Source: Lytechinus pictus (Eukaryota). From it: DNA of 64,000 bases. Where the stretch lies: assembly GCF_037042905.1 (NCBI RefSeq), contig NC_087263.1:11658001-11722000 (forward strand), in the 5' to 3' direction. Made by a program: the position numbers and the translations under genes. Shown here one piece after another: positions 50,465-63,662 of the stretch. The notes beneath the pieces are model-generated. The model saw only the letters and a program-made list of their open reading frames with translations, ran no database searches and was not told where the DNA came from. Numbering within the stretch: position 1 is the stretch's first letter; each line of letters begins with the position of its first letter.

Positions 50465-52854
50465 ATTTATTGCTGGTAAAATATATACTTTCACAAAAAT
50501 AATACAGGTGTTCGCCCCGCCTTGGACTTGTAGAGCAGCCTCTGACGAAATGCATCCTTCCAACAACATACAAAAGTGCATGTGCGTTAACGTCATAGGT
50601 TATAAACATGTACGGGCAACACGAGAAGGGCAATCGGGGAAAATCAATTAGAGTTATGTTAATCAATTATTATTATAGGCACGGCCCTCTGATTAGTTTG
50701 GCGTATCTAATTCCCACTCGAAATTAACGCAAAACCGACGCCAGCAATAGACCATGGCTGGGATATTGATGTCGTGCAGAATGTTCCACAAGTATCCGAT
50801 GTAAAATATTTCGCGACAGCGATCCTCTATCGCGCGACACAGTGCGCATGTTGATTAAGATTAAACATGATTTAAAAAATTAAAAATGCATAAAAGTAAC
50901 AAAAAACAAGCGATAACAGAAGAAGTGTATTGACATAACTATCGTAATGATGGTTATGATTTTATTTTTTATCAAGCGTATTATTATCATCATTTTATTA
51001 TTATTATTATCATGGTTTTCGTCGTCATAACCGTCATCGTCTGACTCTTTTATTTGATATTTTGTACCAATTCAATGAGTTTTAATCATATCAGCACAAT
51101 GGTTATGGTGCTATACAGTAACATATTTAGAATTTAGCACAAGTATTGCAAATAACACATGGGACTCGTTTTGTTTCCAGTTAATGGATAGTTTTCAATT
51201 TCCGAGTGGTTTGGTGTTTTTTGAAACCCTGATTTACAGGAAAACATCCTTTATGCTGTCGAGGGAGGGACAAGCGATCCTCCCACAAAAGGTTAAACGT
51301 GCCCGTGGGGGGGGGGGGCGGAGGGACGGGAACAAGATTTAGATTTAGATTAACAGAAAGAGAGGGAGTGAGGGGGTGCTAGTAACATGCTAGGGAGAAG
51401 ACGCTTACAGAGAAGCAAATGCATTATAGAAAAGGGAGATAGATAGAAAGCAAAGGAAAAGGGTGTGTGTGAGAGAGAGAGAGAGAGGGGATATATATAT
51501 CTATTGCAAGGGGGAGGGAAACTTAATTATTGATTTAAGAGAGACGAAAGTTCCATTACAGCAACCACTAAAAACATATATTTTGCGACGGGCAGTTATT
51601 GACAGTTTTTTTTTGCATAAGACATCTAAGAGACGAAATCTTCTTTAAACACTGTTGAGGTGCCAGTGCAAGTCCGATACCTTAGTCACGAATCCCCCTC
51701 TCTCTCTCTCTCTTTCTTCCCCACCCTTTATTTCCCGTTCCCTCTTCTCTCCCTCTCACATTTTCTCCCAATCTCACTCAACCGCCAAAATCAACCAAGG
51801 GAAAACTATTTTGTTTCTGAATTATTGATAGTGAGAACCTATAACGGTAATTGCCATAAAGATTCATCCCTAGTGATTAATAAATGAAAGCAGTCATCAA
51901 TCTTACCCGGTGTCCACGCTTAATGTATAATGGTGATCTTTACGCCATTAGGCAATGAATAGCCCAGGGCCATAGGGTCAGTTTTGTTCTTTATCCTGTT
52001 ATGCTAATACATTAAGTGACTGATGAGGAGATGCAACGTTTGTTTGGGGTATCAATAGAAATGAATAATACATTCCTTTGTAATCAATTCCGTAATAGTA
52101 TTCTGTGTCTCAGAATAAAAAGCCGAGATACACCCGAGCATTGCTCTTGTTTGCGGTATATTCTACTTACATAATTTTGACATTAATATATCATAGTTCA
52201 GACTCTGGCTAGAGTTTATTACCTCCATACTTCATGCGCTCTTAAACATTGAATGAATAAATCGTACTGTTATCCTATGCACCTTTTCTGGGTTTAAAGC
52301 AGCACGATATGGGTGGTTTTCTTGGTGACAACGTAACAAAAGTAACCCACGAGTCACGACCCTCATTTGAGAGGAAGAACTACGTGTACCACGCCGAAAT
52401 TGGAGTGAGATTTCGTCACCTCAGATTCAGGGTGCAATATCAGGAAACTATCTTTCTTCGTAGTGATTTCTGGTAAACAGTTAAATAGTCTGATTGATAA
52501 ACAGGATAAATCGCTCACTGAAGAATTCACCTTGAATCCTTTGCAAGCGGCACCCTTTCCCCATAAGATAATCGGGGCGCTGTGTATTAAAACATTGGCT
52601 ACTTGATTCTGTGATTCCCATATGCTTTTGCACCGGAGCTTGCTCGTTCCAGTACGCAGCAGGTTAAAATCAGCGCACTTATAGAGAAATTAAATCTCTT
52701 TGGAATGCTTAACGATACAGTATGATTCAATTGGACAAAATGGATCAGCCAAATTGACACCTCCCCCAACCCCTTCCACGCATGCGACAATGCAACTTCT
52801 CTCCGTCCTGACGTATTTCGATGGCGTTATTAGACAAAGTAGCGCAGAGAATAA

Positions 52855-53125
52855 GAAGTTCACGCACCACGACGCAGGACGAAATCAAGAACACAGAAAA
52901 TATCCGTCAAATAACAATGAACAGCTGTGAGGTCTTTGTCAGAAATTGGTGAACCGGAAGAGCAGTTTCGTCCTCCGTTTCGGAGGTGACAAAACATTAC
53001 AAACATTTTCGAGAATTTTCGAGTTTTTTGAGAATGACTTCTTGGCTTCTCTGCGCCATGAAGGGCATTTGACAATACATTTTCTAAGTTCTTGAAAGTG
53101 TTCTGCGTCGCGATGCGAAACTGCC
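52855..53125. mobile_element. Old Harbinger-type MITE, family D copy 1
   Basis: TAA flanks; CGCACCACGACGCAGGAC ... GTTCTGCGTCGCGATGCG; inverted homolog at ~61168-61445. Confidence 0.68.
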
Positions 53126-55013
53126 TAATGAGGTAATACAGCACTCGTTTCTGTAAACTCTATTCCGTATTTACACCGTCCGAAGTCTGAATGTGAGATA
53201 ATTTGGTGCGATTAAAAGCGCTACACGATTTAAAGATCGTTTATTGATTCCTGAGACAGGAGTAATGACTTTTAGTCCTCTAAGCGTAACAGTAAACGCT
53301 CGGAGACAATATTCCTTTGGCAATCATGCATCGATACATTCGTTCTCGCGGGGGTGGCTGAGAATGGTTTCATGGTGTTTAATGTCCCGTAGAAAGCGGT
53401 GAACTCTTGCTAGCCTGTTGCCAATACTCCCCGAAGAGAGATCGGAGGATTAAGTCAAGAAAGCAATCCTGAAAATTTATCAACAATCTTCGATGGAGTG
53501 AAAGACTGGTAAGAAGGCAATGTTGAATCCCTGGAAATCGAATACTGAGAACATAATAATAAAATGAAAAGGAAGCTAGTAAAGACTGGGGTAGGTGAGA
53601 GAGTGAGAGAGAGACGTTGTGGTTTTAATGTTGCAACTTTATACAAACAGACATTATAAGGCAGCAATCGCTACTGCTAATAATGCGGCGAGAGTCCAAA
53701 TTAACAAGATTTTTCCTTTTTTGTAGACATTCTACAGGTACATCATAACAGTCACAACAATGAAACCGACTGCAACGATACCAAACAGAGCGCCAATGTT
53801 GTATTCGAAATAACGCCGCAGTTTTGATCGTCTTGAGTCTGTTTCCTTGGTATGACTGTAGCAACAAGTTACTGCTCTCGTGTATTTCGAAAAATGCATT
53901 TCTACAACCAAAGAGAAGAATGCGGTGTGTGTGGATGAGGGTAGGCAAATGTGTGTGTGGTTGGGGGTGTGTGTGTGTGTATGTGTGTGTGTGAGCAATT
54001 GAATTGATTTAAAGGAAATGAGGGTGTGTTTATCGGTATGAAGTGTACGCTTGCAGATCAAGAGGGTGTGGGATGTTCAAACGGTGTTCGTAATTGGCAT
54101 CAGGTATATTTTTTTAATGTACGTAAAATATCAAGTTTGTTTTTAACAATGTTAGAAGTTGAATATCATAAGGTCGTCACTTGAACATTAAAAAATGGAT
54201 CGAAGATAAATCTTTCACCTTCCATTGAATGTTGCTGCCCTGTGGATGTAATCAGCTAATTTGAATCTATATCTTCACATCTCTCACTCTCCCTTTCTCT
54301 ATCTGTCTATCTCTTTCCGGGATCTCTCTCTCTCTCTCTCTCTCTCTTCTATCTCTTTGTCCCTGTTCTTCTTCCTGTTCCTCTCGCTGTCTGCTTTCCT
54401 TCGCCATTTCCTCACACGGAATCGGTTCTTTCAATGAAAAATAAACATGACTCCTTCCTTTTTCCCCTTCCGACCTCTTCGATATTATCGCATTCATGAT
54501 CGATCCGAGTTTGCGGCAGCACGAGCCACCTGATACCTTTCCTGCAGCGGGCTCCCATCCATCTCAACTCACATGGGTGCGATAGATAACGATATAATCG
54601 TGATAATCCTCTTCTGAGGAGGTACTTTCCGATAATGTTTCAATGACCTGGCCCCCAACTGTTGCGTTCCCAGACGAGACATTTCGATATAGTGTTGGGA
54701 AACTAAGAGAGTTGTGATGCGCCAAACCGGCTCATGTTTTCCCGCGTTTTGTCTTTTACCCGACTCTAAAATACTGGATATGTAACCGAAGATCCCAAGA
54801 AATAACACGATAAGGAAGTGCAATGTACTGCACGATTCATCATGAACCCACACACCCAACCTCACACAACCTATCTGGAAAAACACACACACACTATCCC
54901 ACAGGTATTGTGTGGAAGGCAAATTACCTTTAAAATGTTAGACTTGAGCGTCAAGTGTAAACACACTCCCACATACTCTATAATCATGATAATGTGAACA
55001 CACAGTGAACACT

Positions 55014-55370
55014 CAAGTTCAAGTTCAAGTTTATTTCATTTCTCAACTCAATACAACATAAGAAATAATTACACAGGTATAAAATGATAACCATACAAAT
55101 CAATACAAATGAATATACATTGCAAGCAATATGACTATACAAGAAAAGTAAAATGTTTATTAAAAACACTAAATAACGTTATAGTCATATTAACCAATAA
55201 CAATATATGCAATGGAAATAGAACAAAATGTATACCATTCTCAATAAAACAATTTGCAAGGCTACCTTTATAACTCCCTTTTTTGATAAATAAAGTTGAG
55301 TAAATGGAGGGATCCACTCACACTTTTGAGGTGTCCGGTACCCAAGCTATCAGTTTCAGCTCGCTGTCCA
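55014..55370 (-). mobile_element. LINE 3' end fragment
   Basis: (CAAGTT)n tail with TTTATT; AAATGGAGGGATCCAC motif as at ~13100. Confidence 0.55.
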
Positions 55371-55427
55371 ATGCAGTACTCTGCTAGAGAGAACAATGTG
55401 TCACACAGTGTTTCACCAAGACATTGT

Positions 55428-55810
55428 ATCCATTATTACCACCACCACCACCATCATCGTCATCATCATAATCACTGCAATCACTGTCATCATAATCATT
55501 ATCTTCATCTTCATATCCATCTTGTTCACTATTGTCAACATCGTCATCATCACTATCCTCACCATCATCATCATCATTATTATCATCATTATTACTATCA
55601 GCACCATCTTCATCATCATCAAAATCACTGTCATCACCAACATGACTATCATCATCATAATCGTGATAATCATCATCATAACCACTATCATCACCATAAT
55701 CATAATCAGCGTCATCATTATCATCACCATCGTCATCATCATCGTCATCATTATTATCACCGCCATCATCACACGTCCTACGAATATCATAATCCTGATC
55801 AACGTCACCA
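55428..55810. repeat. Degenerate (CAT)n trinucleotide tract
   Basis: Imperfect CAT/CAC/TAT repeats; source of the His-, Ile- and Met-rich spurious ORFs. Confidence 0.92.
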
Positions 55811-56789
55811 TTTTATAGTACTTAAAATGTAATTTAAATTGGAAACGATGTAATTAAAAGTTTTTATTCTTTTTGAAACCCCCATATTCACAATCCCCGT
55901 GGTCAAAGAAGAGGCGGCGTAAATCAGCAAATAGCCGATTTTTCAACTTTTGGGAGAGCTATTCATTGAAAACCCCCAAGGCTTTTGCCATGCTATGGTA
56001 ACTTGCATTAAATTCTTGATTTTGATTAGCTGTTGATCAGTGTTATCACGGTAGTTATTGGATGGCAAAGTTACCTAATAGTAACTTTTATGCAACGGGG
56101 CCAAGACTTCTGCGAGCGAATATAGGGCAGCGATAAATTGAGATGATATTGGCCGATGAATTATGCATTCTTCATGAAAATTGTAAGTCCTTCCTAAGTG
56201 GTTCTAGGGGAACAATTTTTATCCCAAATATTCCATCGAAAAACACTATAAGGGACAATTAAGCCTATGAAATATGCATAACTCCTTAAGGCAATGTAAG
56301 GCACTCTTTGCAAAACTATTACCTTCCTTACGGGAATTGAAACACTTAGTCCCATCCATAATCCTGTCGGTCAGTCCAATGATGGCTCATAAAACATTTC
56401 AACCTGAGATGATTCTATAAAAATTTCGAAATTGTAAGATCTTTCTTATCTCTTCAGGATGTTGTTTCATTAACGTAATTGTAAGAAAATGCATTCATGT
56501 ACATCTGAACATGCTAAAAATGCACGCACACAACAAAATCCTGGAGTATGCACACATTGACCTATAATGCTTTGTTTAATTTTATTACCAAAAATAATGA
56601 TCTGACGAAAAATGCTTCCCCTTTATATATGTTTGTAAATCTTTAAAGTTGTAAAAATATAAGTATTCAAGTTTCAAGCCTACATATTAACCAGGTTCAC
56701 TCAATTGCTTGCCAACAAATTCCGGTTTTCACATAAAATGAAACATGTGCCATTAATTTGTCTGCGTGTCTTTGCTATATTAACAGATG

Positions 56790-57200
56790 AATAGATATAA
56801 CAGATAGATAGATAGATAGATAGATAGATATATAGATAGATATACATGTATAGATAGATCAATCTTATTTTCACATGGTAAAATACCCAAACAGATACAG
56901 AGTCTGATTTGCATTGGGGACGTGCCATGAATAAAATATAGACAGTAAAAGGCACCAAATCTCAATACATGAGTAACACATACAACATAATAATTATAAT
57001 TCTTACCAGGTAATCATACAAATGGGTAAGTTTATACAAATGATTACGAATCATAATCAAATTCTGAGTTAAAAGTATACAAAATATTTGTTATCTTCAG
57101 TATGAATGCATAATACAGAAAATAACATAATTATAGGGTAAGATATCACTCAGATACACAATTATAGATTGATTAATTTGAATTTCTGAGACAATCCCTG
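56790..57200 (-). mobile_element. LINE 3' end fragment with (GATA)n tail
   Basis: (GATA)n at 56790-56860 followed by stem CATGGTA..CCCAA..TTGGG..TGCCATG and an A-rich stretch. Confidence 0.45.
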
Positions 57201-58859
57201 TATAGCAACACTACCCACCGACACGCTCACCCATACACACTGACACACACCCCACACGCACCCTTTCCTACACTGTCACCATTAAGTCACACCCCATCTT
57301 ATAACGCATACAAGCATATTGGGTAAAAAAATCATGTAAGGGATAGAAACAACAACAAACTATTAAATGCGAGATACCCCCCCCCCCCCGCCATCAACCT
57401 TCCCCTTTTTGATTCATTAATGAAATCGTCGCATCAAACTAATTCTCATTATGTTCCTGAAAATTCCAACTCGCTCCTGTAAATTCTTAAAAGGGGCTGT
57501 GGGCACAATCAGTAGAGTTTGTATGATATCGGTCTGTAGTGAGATACAATATCACTTTAGAATAATAATAATTAGGTCAATTTAGAATGAAGGTAAATAC
57601 CATTATGGGATCGCATCACATAAATCCACCAAAGTCAAGGTCAAAACGATCCCATTATCGCGATCATTAAATGTAATAGTGTAATCACGGTAAAGGGGTT
57701 TTGTGAAATAGGAGCCTTAATAGGCATGGCCGTTCGCAGCATAGTTGGTAGGGGGAAGTTGCTCCCCCCACCAGAAATTTTGAAAAATTCCATTCATAAA
57801 ATTTACTAAAAGTGTGTACAAAGCCCTTTAATTTCACCTTCGAAAATGCACAAGAGTCTAAATACAAGCTCGGGCGTTTTGATCCTCGCCTTTTGTTTTT
57901 GTTTATAATTCGTGCGTCTTGCCCCCCCCCCCTTCTACAGGGGAAAATCTGAGTACGATCATGATAATTGTCATTAACTGCAAAGCATTCTAAGAAAGGA
58001 CGCGTCTTATGCTTTAGGCCTAGTCGATGAAGTGTCTTTAACCTCATAGTTACCATAGGATTGGATAGGTCTCAACCAATCAAAAGCACGGAAAGTTGTT
58101 AGAAAACAAATGCTAGTGAACGCCCCCTCCCAGGTCTTGTAAATTGTCGCACCATTTGTGGCAAATTCTAAAAATGGGGGCACTGAGGTAGACTAGGGGC
58201 CCGTCTTATAAAATTTGTTGAAAAAGATTATTATCTGATCCAGCGAACTTCCGCCCCTTGATCCTCACCTATAATCATTTCACATCTACTTAAGATGGTA
58301 TAATTTGCCGTTCAAATCTAAAAAAAAAAATCACGTTCAGTTTAATCCCGACAAAAAAGGGAAATAGGGCAAAATTATTCCATGTAGGCACACTTGTTAT
58401 GTATCGAGTCATTAGTAGGGTCCACCGAGTTTCATTTTAACCTTATTCCTATTTCCACCTCTTTTTCCCTTCGTCTAATTTGAGGGTAGGGTTTCATTTC
58501 CAACGGTCACAATATTTCCGACATCGTACATTGTTCACGATACTCCAATAAATTTGTGTACAGATTGAGGGGAGGGGGGCTTTGGCGCATCCCCCACAAA
58601 AGTTTCAAGACAAAGAAAAGGGAGAAAGGGAAAAAAGAAAGAAAGGGGAAAAGATGAGATATATTTTTAATAGTAAGCCAAATCCTATTACAAAATTAGA
58701 TTTTTGTATTAAAAAGGTATATTGTTTTCGTTCGCGTGCTTCGCTTGCTATTATCTTTTAAAATTGTTTGCCCCATACGCCATATTTCACCCCTCTCCCT
58801 TTAATTTTGTCTCATTGCGCAACTGCTCCAATTTGATCTAATTCCAAAGCTTTGCTTAA

Positions 58860-59455
58860 AGGGGAATCCAACCCAAATAAAAACTTGTTTTTACAAGGAA
58901 AAGAATAATCAGACAAGTTGATAGGTGAAAGTTTGAACAATATTGGACAAACAACAAGAAAGTTATGAATTTTTAAAAGTTGTAAATATTGGTAATCACT
59001 ATACCCATGGAGACTTCAAATTGGCCGCATATGGGATGTCATAGTGATGTAAGGCAAGGACTACTCTTCCATGTACTCCAATACATATTATGGCTAAAAT
59101 TTCATTTTTCCCAAAAGTTTTATTTCAAATTATATTTTTCTTTCATGAGGACTTAAAACAATATACTACCAGGGTTAGATTTAGATAACTGCCCCAGGGG
59201 AATGGGTACTATAGGAGAAAGCCACAAATCCCTGATAATAAAGTACATGGCCTATGAGAAAGTTGTCCTTGCCCCTTGTCATAATTTACTTACCCAGTTG
59301 CCAATTTGAAATCTACATAGTATTAGTGATCTCAATTTCAAAGCAGCTATAACTTTATTATTGCTTGTCCGATTTCTTTCAAACTTTCACCATTCCTTTT
59401 AATTTATTTTTCTCCTTCCCAACACAACATTTAATGGCCAAGGCTGGATTCCCCT
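58860..59455. mobile_element. Kolobok-type MITE, family A copy 2
   Basis: TTAA|AGGGGAATCCAACCC ... GGCTGGATTCCCCT|TTAA; same orientation as 3417-4010 and similar throughout. Confidence 0.88.
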
Positions 59456-59462
59456 TTAAGTA

Positions 59463-59649
59463 CACTCTAAAAAGCGAAGAGCTACGAAAAGCTAAATTTA
59501 ACTCTTAAAGAGCGTGTAAAGTTATAGTGACTGCACTGCGGAGTGCTGATTTTTCTCGTTCAAATTTGAACTAGACAAATCAGCACTCCGAAATGCAGTC
59601 ACTATACACGATCTTTAAGAGCAAAATTAGCTCTTCCTTTTTTAGAGTG
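59463..59649. mobile_element. CACT-terminus hairpin MITE
   Basis: TA|CACTCTAAAAA ... TTTTTAGAGTG|TA; inner stem TAGTGACTGCA..CGGAGTGCTGATTT/AAATCAGCACTCCG..TGCAGTCACTA. Confidence 0.85.
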
Positions 59650-61167
59650 TAGGTTTTCGACTCTACTTGTTGCAGATCCATGCTCAAAGGCCTAACCTAA
59701 TGGAAATAACACAGTGTCACATGGTTTATTCAGATCTTGTTCACACAGTGGACTATGTGGATATGATATTTTCAATGTTAAAAGGCTCATATTGTGTGAA
59801 GATAATTTCACACTGTGGACAACTGTGCAGTTTGCGTGTTCAGAGTGTCTTTATGTCTGTGAAGACTGATAGACAATGTTGAAGTGACCACATTCTACAG
59901 TGTGAAGATGATTTCACATGTGGTTGTAAACTTCGAACGCACTGTGGGCCACACTCCACAGTATGACCCAACTATGGCACTTTGTGTTGTTTCCAGCGTA
60001 GTATAATAGCTAGTCACTGTCGGGCCAAATGCGAATTTCAAGTCGGTGTTATCTTTGTTTGGTTGTTTTTATTTTGTTTTTGCTCATCTACATGAATAAT
60101 AAACAGACGAGGGACCTACATTAGAGTAAATGATGATCTAGTCCTTGCATTACCTTTAAATTCGTGATCCTACGCATGCTCATCTAAAGTTAAAAAGACT
60201 TCCCTTTGCCGCAGAGACTCTCTACAGCAAAGGCTCAGCCACGTCGTACGTTCGGCGTCCGGCGGCCCCTTGCGTAGGTCAAACTTGACCGATCGGACCC
60301 AAACAAATTTACTCACGTTTTGACAAAGCTTAAAATTCAAGGGAATTCCTGCACGAATTTTTAGATTATCACATTGGAGTGATTTTTACTTTAGAGGCAT
60401 ATACTTTTTTTTACTAAACTAGTTTAAGTTTTAGGTAGTATTGTTTTCTTTTAGCTTAATGAGATAACAATATTATTTGCATTATTCCTCCAGGAATTTT
60501 TAATTTGTTAACCTTTCATGTTGTAACTGTAACTCGCCTAAAATGTTGATGTAGTTTTTTAATAGCGTTATCGACATAGATAATACCTTGTAAAAATAGC
60601 CTACCTCTTAGAACCAAATTTTTGTTTTCCGCCTATTTCCTTTGTCATATTTTATAATCTTCCGGATATAGTAGTCTGTTTTTGGTTGTTACCGTTAATT
60701 TTATTTACTATTATGTTGTAATTGTTGTAAACGCGTTCATTTTGGTCCTTGGACCTTTGTATCATGTATTAGTGTTTTATACCGGATGAATAAAAATGAA
60801 ATAATAATAATAATGATAATAATAATAATAAAAAACACAGCATTTATTATTCGCCATCTATCTAGTAAACTATTCCGACGCGCAGAGGGATGGAGGGATT
60901 ACGGGAAAAAAATGCTTGTGTGAGTGTATGGTCAGAACAAATTACATTAACATATTTAAGAAAAGTAAGAAGAAAACAGAAAGGATTTTGAATACTTATT
61001 ACATGCTTCAAGCGATTCAATTGTTCGGATCCTCGGTGGAAGAGCATTCCAGAGAGATGGAGCTGAAGAGGCAAAGGCCTTTCAGTTTCTCCCAGCGTTG
61101 AATTTGTTAAATTTGTTAAATATATAACCCATTTCCATGATTGCATTTGCGTCGTCCAATGTCGATA

Positions 61168-61445
61168 AAGGCTTTTCGCACCACGACGCAGAACGGACTT
61201 AGGAATATAGAAAACGTATTTTCATATGCCCTTGATGACTTGAAGTACAACCAAGAAGTCGAAAATTGGTAAATCAAAACAGCAGTTTCGTCGTGGATTC
61301 TTTTTATGCAATTTTTCGTCAGCTCCGAAACTAATTGTTCTGGTTCACCAATTTTCGACCAAAAAAACCCTCTCGCAGCTGTTTTTGTTATTTGACAGAC
61401 ATTTTCAATGCTTTTACTGTGTTCGTGATGGTAGTCGCGTGGGCA
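61168..61445. mobile_element. Old Harbinger-type MITE, family D copy 2
   Basis: Reverse complement aligns with 52855-53125 (GTCAAATAACAA..AACAGCTG, AAATTGGTGAACC, GACTTCTTGG). Confidence 0.65.
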
Positions 61446-62228
61446 TGGGGGATGCATCGTGTGAATTGAATTGAATTTATAAATAAACTTCATTTACTTG
61501 ACATGAGCAGTTTGTTTTATAATCTATACGATGGTAACATTATACAGTATATACAATGATAACAAGGAAAATCATACTGAATGCTTATGATTATTTTGCA
61601 GACTTTCAAAGATAAAAAAATTGTGCTGCACTTCCAATACCATAACAAATCATAAATAAGAGAAAATCACCACGAACAACAAAATATCAAGCGGATAAAA
61701 AGAAAATGTTTTATTACTAGGAGTATAACAAGATATGTGATTGGATTTCCATCTTACGCTTATCAATCAACCAAACTTTGATTACCGTTTGTTTTCGAGT
61801 CACACGATCATTATGCATGGTCATGTCCGAAGTTTAATCAGGTAGTGTTCCTAGTCGTTTGCAGTTTTATCTTTCGCTTTATTTCATGAATACATCAATA
61901 CTCGATTCCACCTAAAGGTCGCGCACTAGCCATTAAGGTAATTAGATTTGAAATATTCAAGAAGATGCGTGCGTCCATTTCATTTTATCCAATCGTTGTC
62001 GTATATTAATTCAGAGGGTTTGTAGAATTTAACACACACATTTTGCCATAAATGGCAATCTAATTGTTCATCCTTTTCTGGCCATTGTTTCTAGTTTGGA
62101 ATGAATTCATTTCTTGCACGTTGTAGACACTGAATCTATGTACAATTTGAGGTCAGTTTCATAAAACTTGTTATAATAACAAATTAAGACGATTAGTTTA
62201 AAGTTGCTGAAAGTGAAAGTAAACGTGA

Positions 62229-62648
62229 GAAATGGTGAATTTGTTATTTTAACACGTCTTTATGAAACGATAGCCGGGTCTATTACATGAACTGATCGAC
62301 TATTGTTTTATAAACAATAAAAGGTGGAAATTTAACAGCGCTATTCTATTATCAATATATATTTGTTAAATGTTTATTATTTTGTTTGAATTTCCACAAT
62401 ATATTTATATTTAATAATCTTTTGACTCCTAACGTGTTATAGAAATGGCGAACTTGTTATTTTAACACGTCTTTATGGAACGAGGGCCGGGTTTACTACA
62501 TGAACTGATCGACTATTGTTCAGGTTTATGAACAATAAAAGGGAAAATTTGACAGCGCTAATCAATTATTAATATCTATTTGTTAAAGGTTGATTACTTT
62601 TTTTTAATTTCCAGAACATTGATTTATAATAATCTCTTGACTCTTAAG
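62229..62648. repeat. ~212-bp tandem duplication
   Basis: GAAATGG(T/C)GAA(T/C)TTGTTATTTTAACACGTCTTTATG..ACATGAACTGATCGACTATTGTT occurs at ~62230 and ~62442. Confidence 0.88.
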
Positions 62649-62956
62649 TAACATCCGTAAGTTTGAATAGTAAACCAGAGACCTGCTGCATAAGAGAAAC
62701 TGTGGCAATTTAAGTTGCCAGTGTTAAATGCCAATGGCATAACCTGTATGTCAGAGTTTCGGTTTATTTCCAGAGTTTTTTTATGGCCTAAGTTTTATGC
62801 AATAGGCCCCCAGATAGTATAAAACGAATGCATGCCTTTTAATTTTGCTTTTATGTGGTCCAAATATTTTAATCATGTCAATGGGGACGGGGCCAGGATA
62901 ATTTGATAGGGGGCGGAGCAAGACCTATAGGTGACGTCATACTGTATAATTAGTTT

Positions 62957-63247
62957 AATAATAATAATAATAATTTGCTTTTCTATCGCGCGATAACAAT
63001 CTTCGACTGCTCAAAGCGCTTCACAATTATTATTACCCGGTCATTGGATTCATAGCTTGTTAGCAGCCTGTTTGCTAAACCGCCCATGACGATTGTGTCG
63101 TACAGGAACCCAATTGGCACCTGGGTGAGAGTTGCAAAGTGTGGATTGACGCCTTGCCAAAGGACGCTAGGCCATAGTGAAATTCGTGCACAAGACCCTC
63201 CGATTATGATATTGCAAGAGTTAGAACCGCTACACCACTGCACTCCC
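62957..63247 (-). mobile_element. tRNA-derived SINE, different subfamily
   Basis: Head GGGAGTGCAGTGGTGTAGCGG; central CACTTTGCAACTCTCACCCAGGTGCCAATTGGGTTCC; tail AAGCGCTTTGAGCA..(TTA)n. Confidence 0.82.
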
Positions 63248-63268
63248 ACATTCACATAGGGTTATTAC

Positions 63269-63547
63269 CAGTAGCGTACCTAGGATTTTCCACAGGGGGG
63301 GGGGGCAAAATCGTCCGCCCAAAAAATTGAAAAGGAAAAAAAAAGTCTTCAACCACAAATAAAGGATTTCGTACCAGAAAAAAAATTGACAAGCAAAAAA
63401 AAAAAAATATATATATACAAATCTTCAATTTGAAAGGAGGGGGCTCGTCAGGGATCAGTTGTGACTCGTCAGGGGGGGGGGGGGCAGGGATACGTCCCTT
63501 GCATTGGTTGTGACTCGTCAGGGGGGCCCCCCATAGGTACGCTAGTG
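63269..63547. mobile_element. hAT-type MITE
   Basis: Perfect 8-bp TSD: GTTATTAC|CAGTAGCGTACCTA ... TAGGTACGCTAGTG|GTTATTAC. Confidence 0.9.
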
Positions 63548-63662
63548 GTTATTACACACTCGGCCCAGACCTGTCAATACTACTCCATCCTTCCCTTCCT
63601 CTCTCCCGTTTCCTTCTATTGAATTCCATACAGCATCGGTGGCTTACAAAAGCAAACGTTGT

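Noticed and set aside
52518..52545. Other CTGANGA hits as hammerheads (16460, 19068, 27563, 52020, 52518, 61316)
   Set aside because: Each lacks a paired stem II followed by GAAA, or lacks stem I
52855..53144. GC-richer ORF-bearing segments at 52.9 kb and 61.1-61.5 kb as host exons
   Set aside because: They are inverted copies of one old MITE family and the reading frames are not conserved between copies
55296..55832. 178-aa histidine-rich ORF
   Set aside because: Degenerate (CAT)n microsatellite open in multiple frames; no gene context
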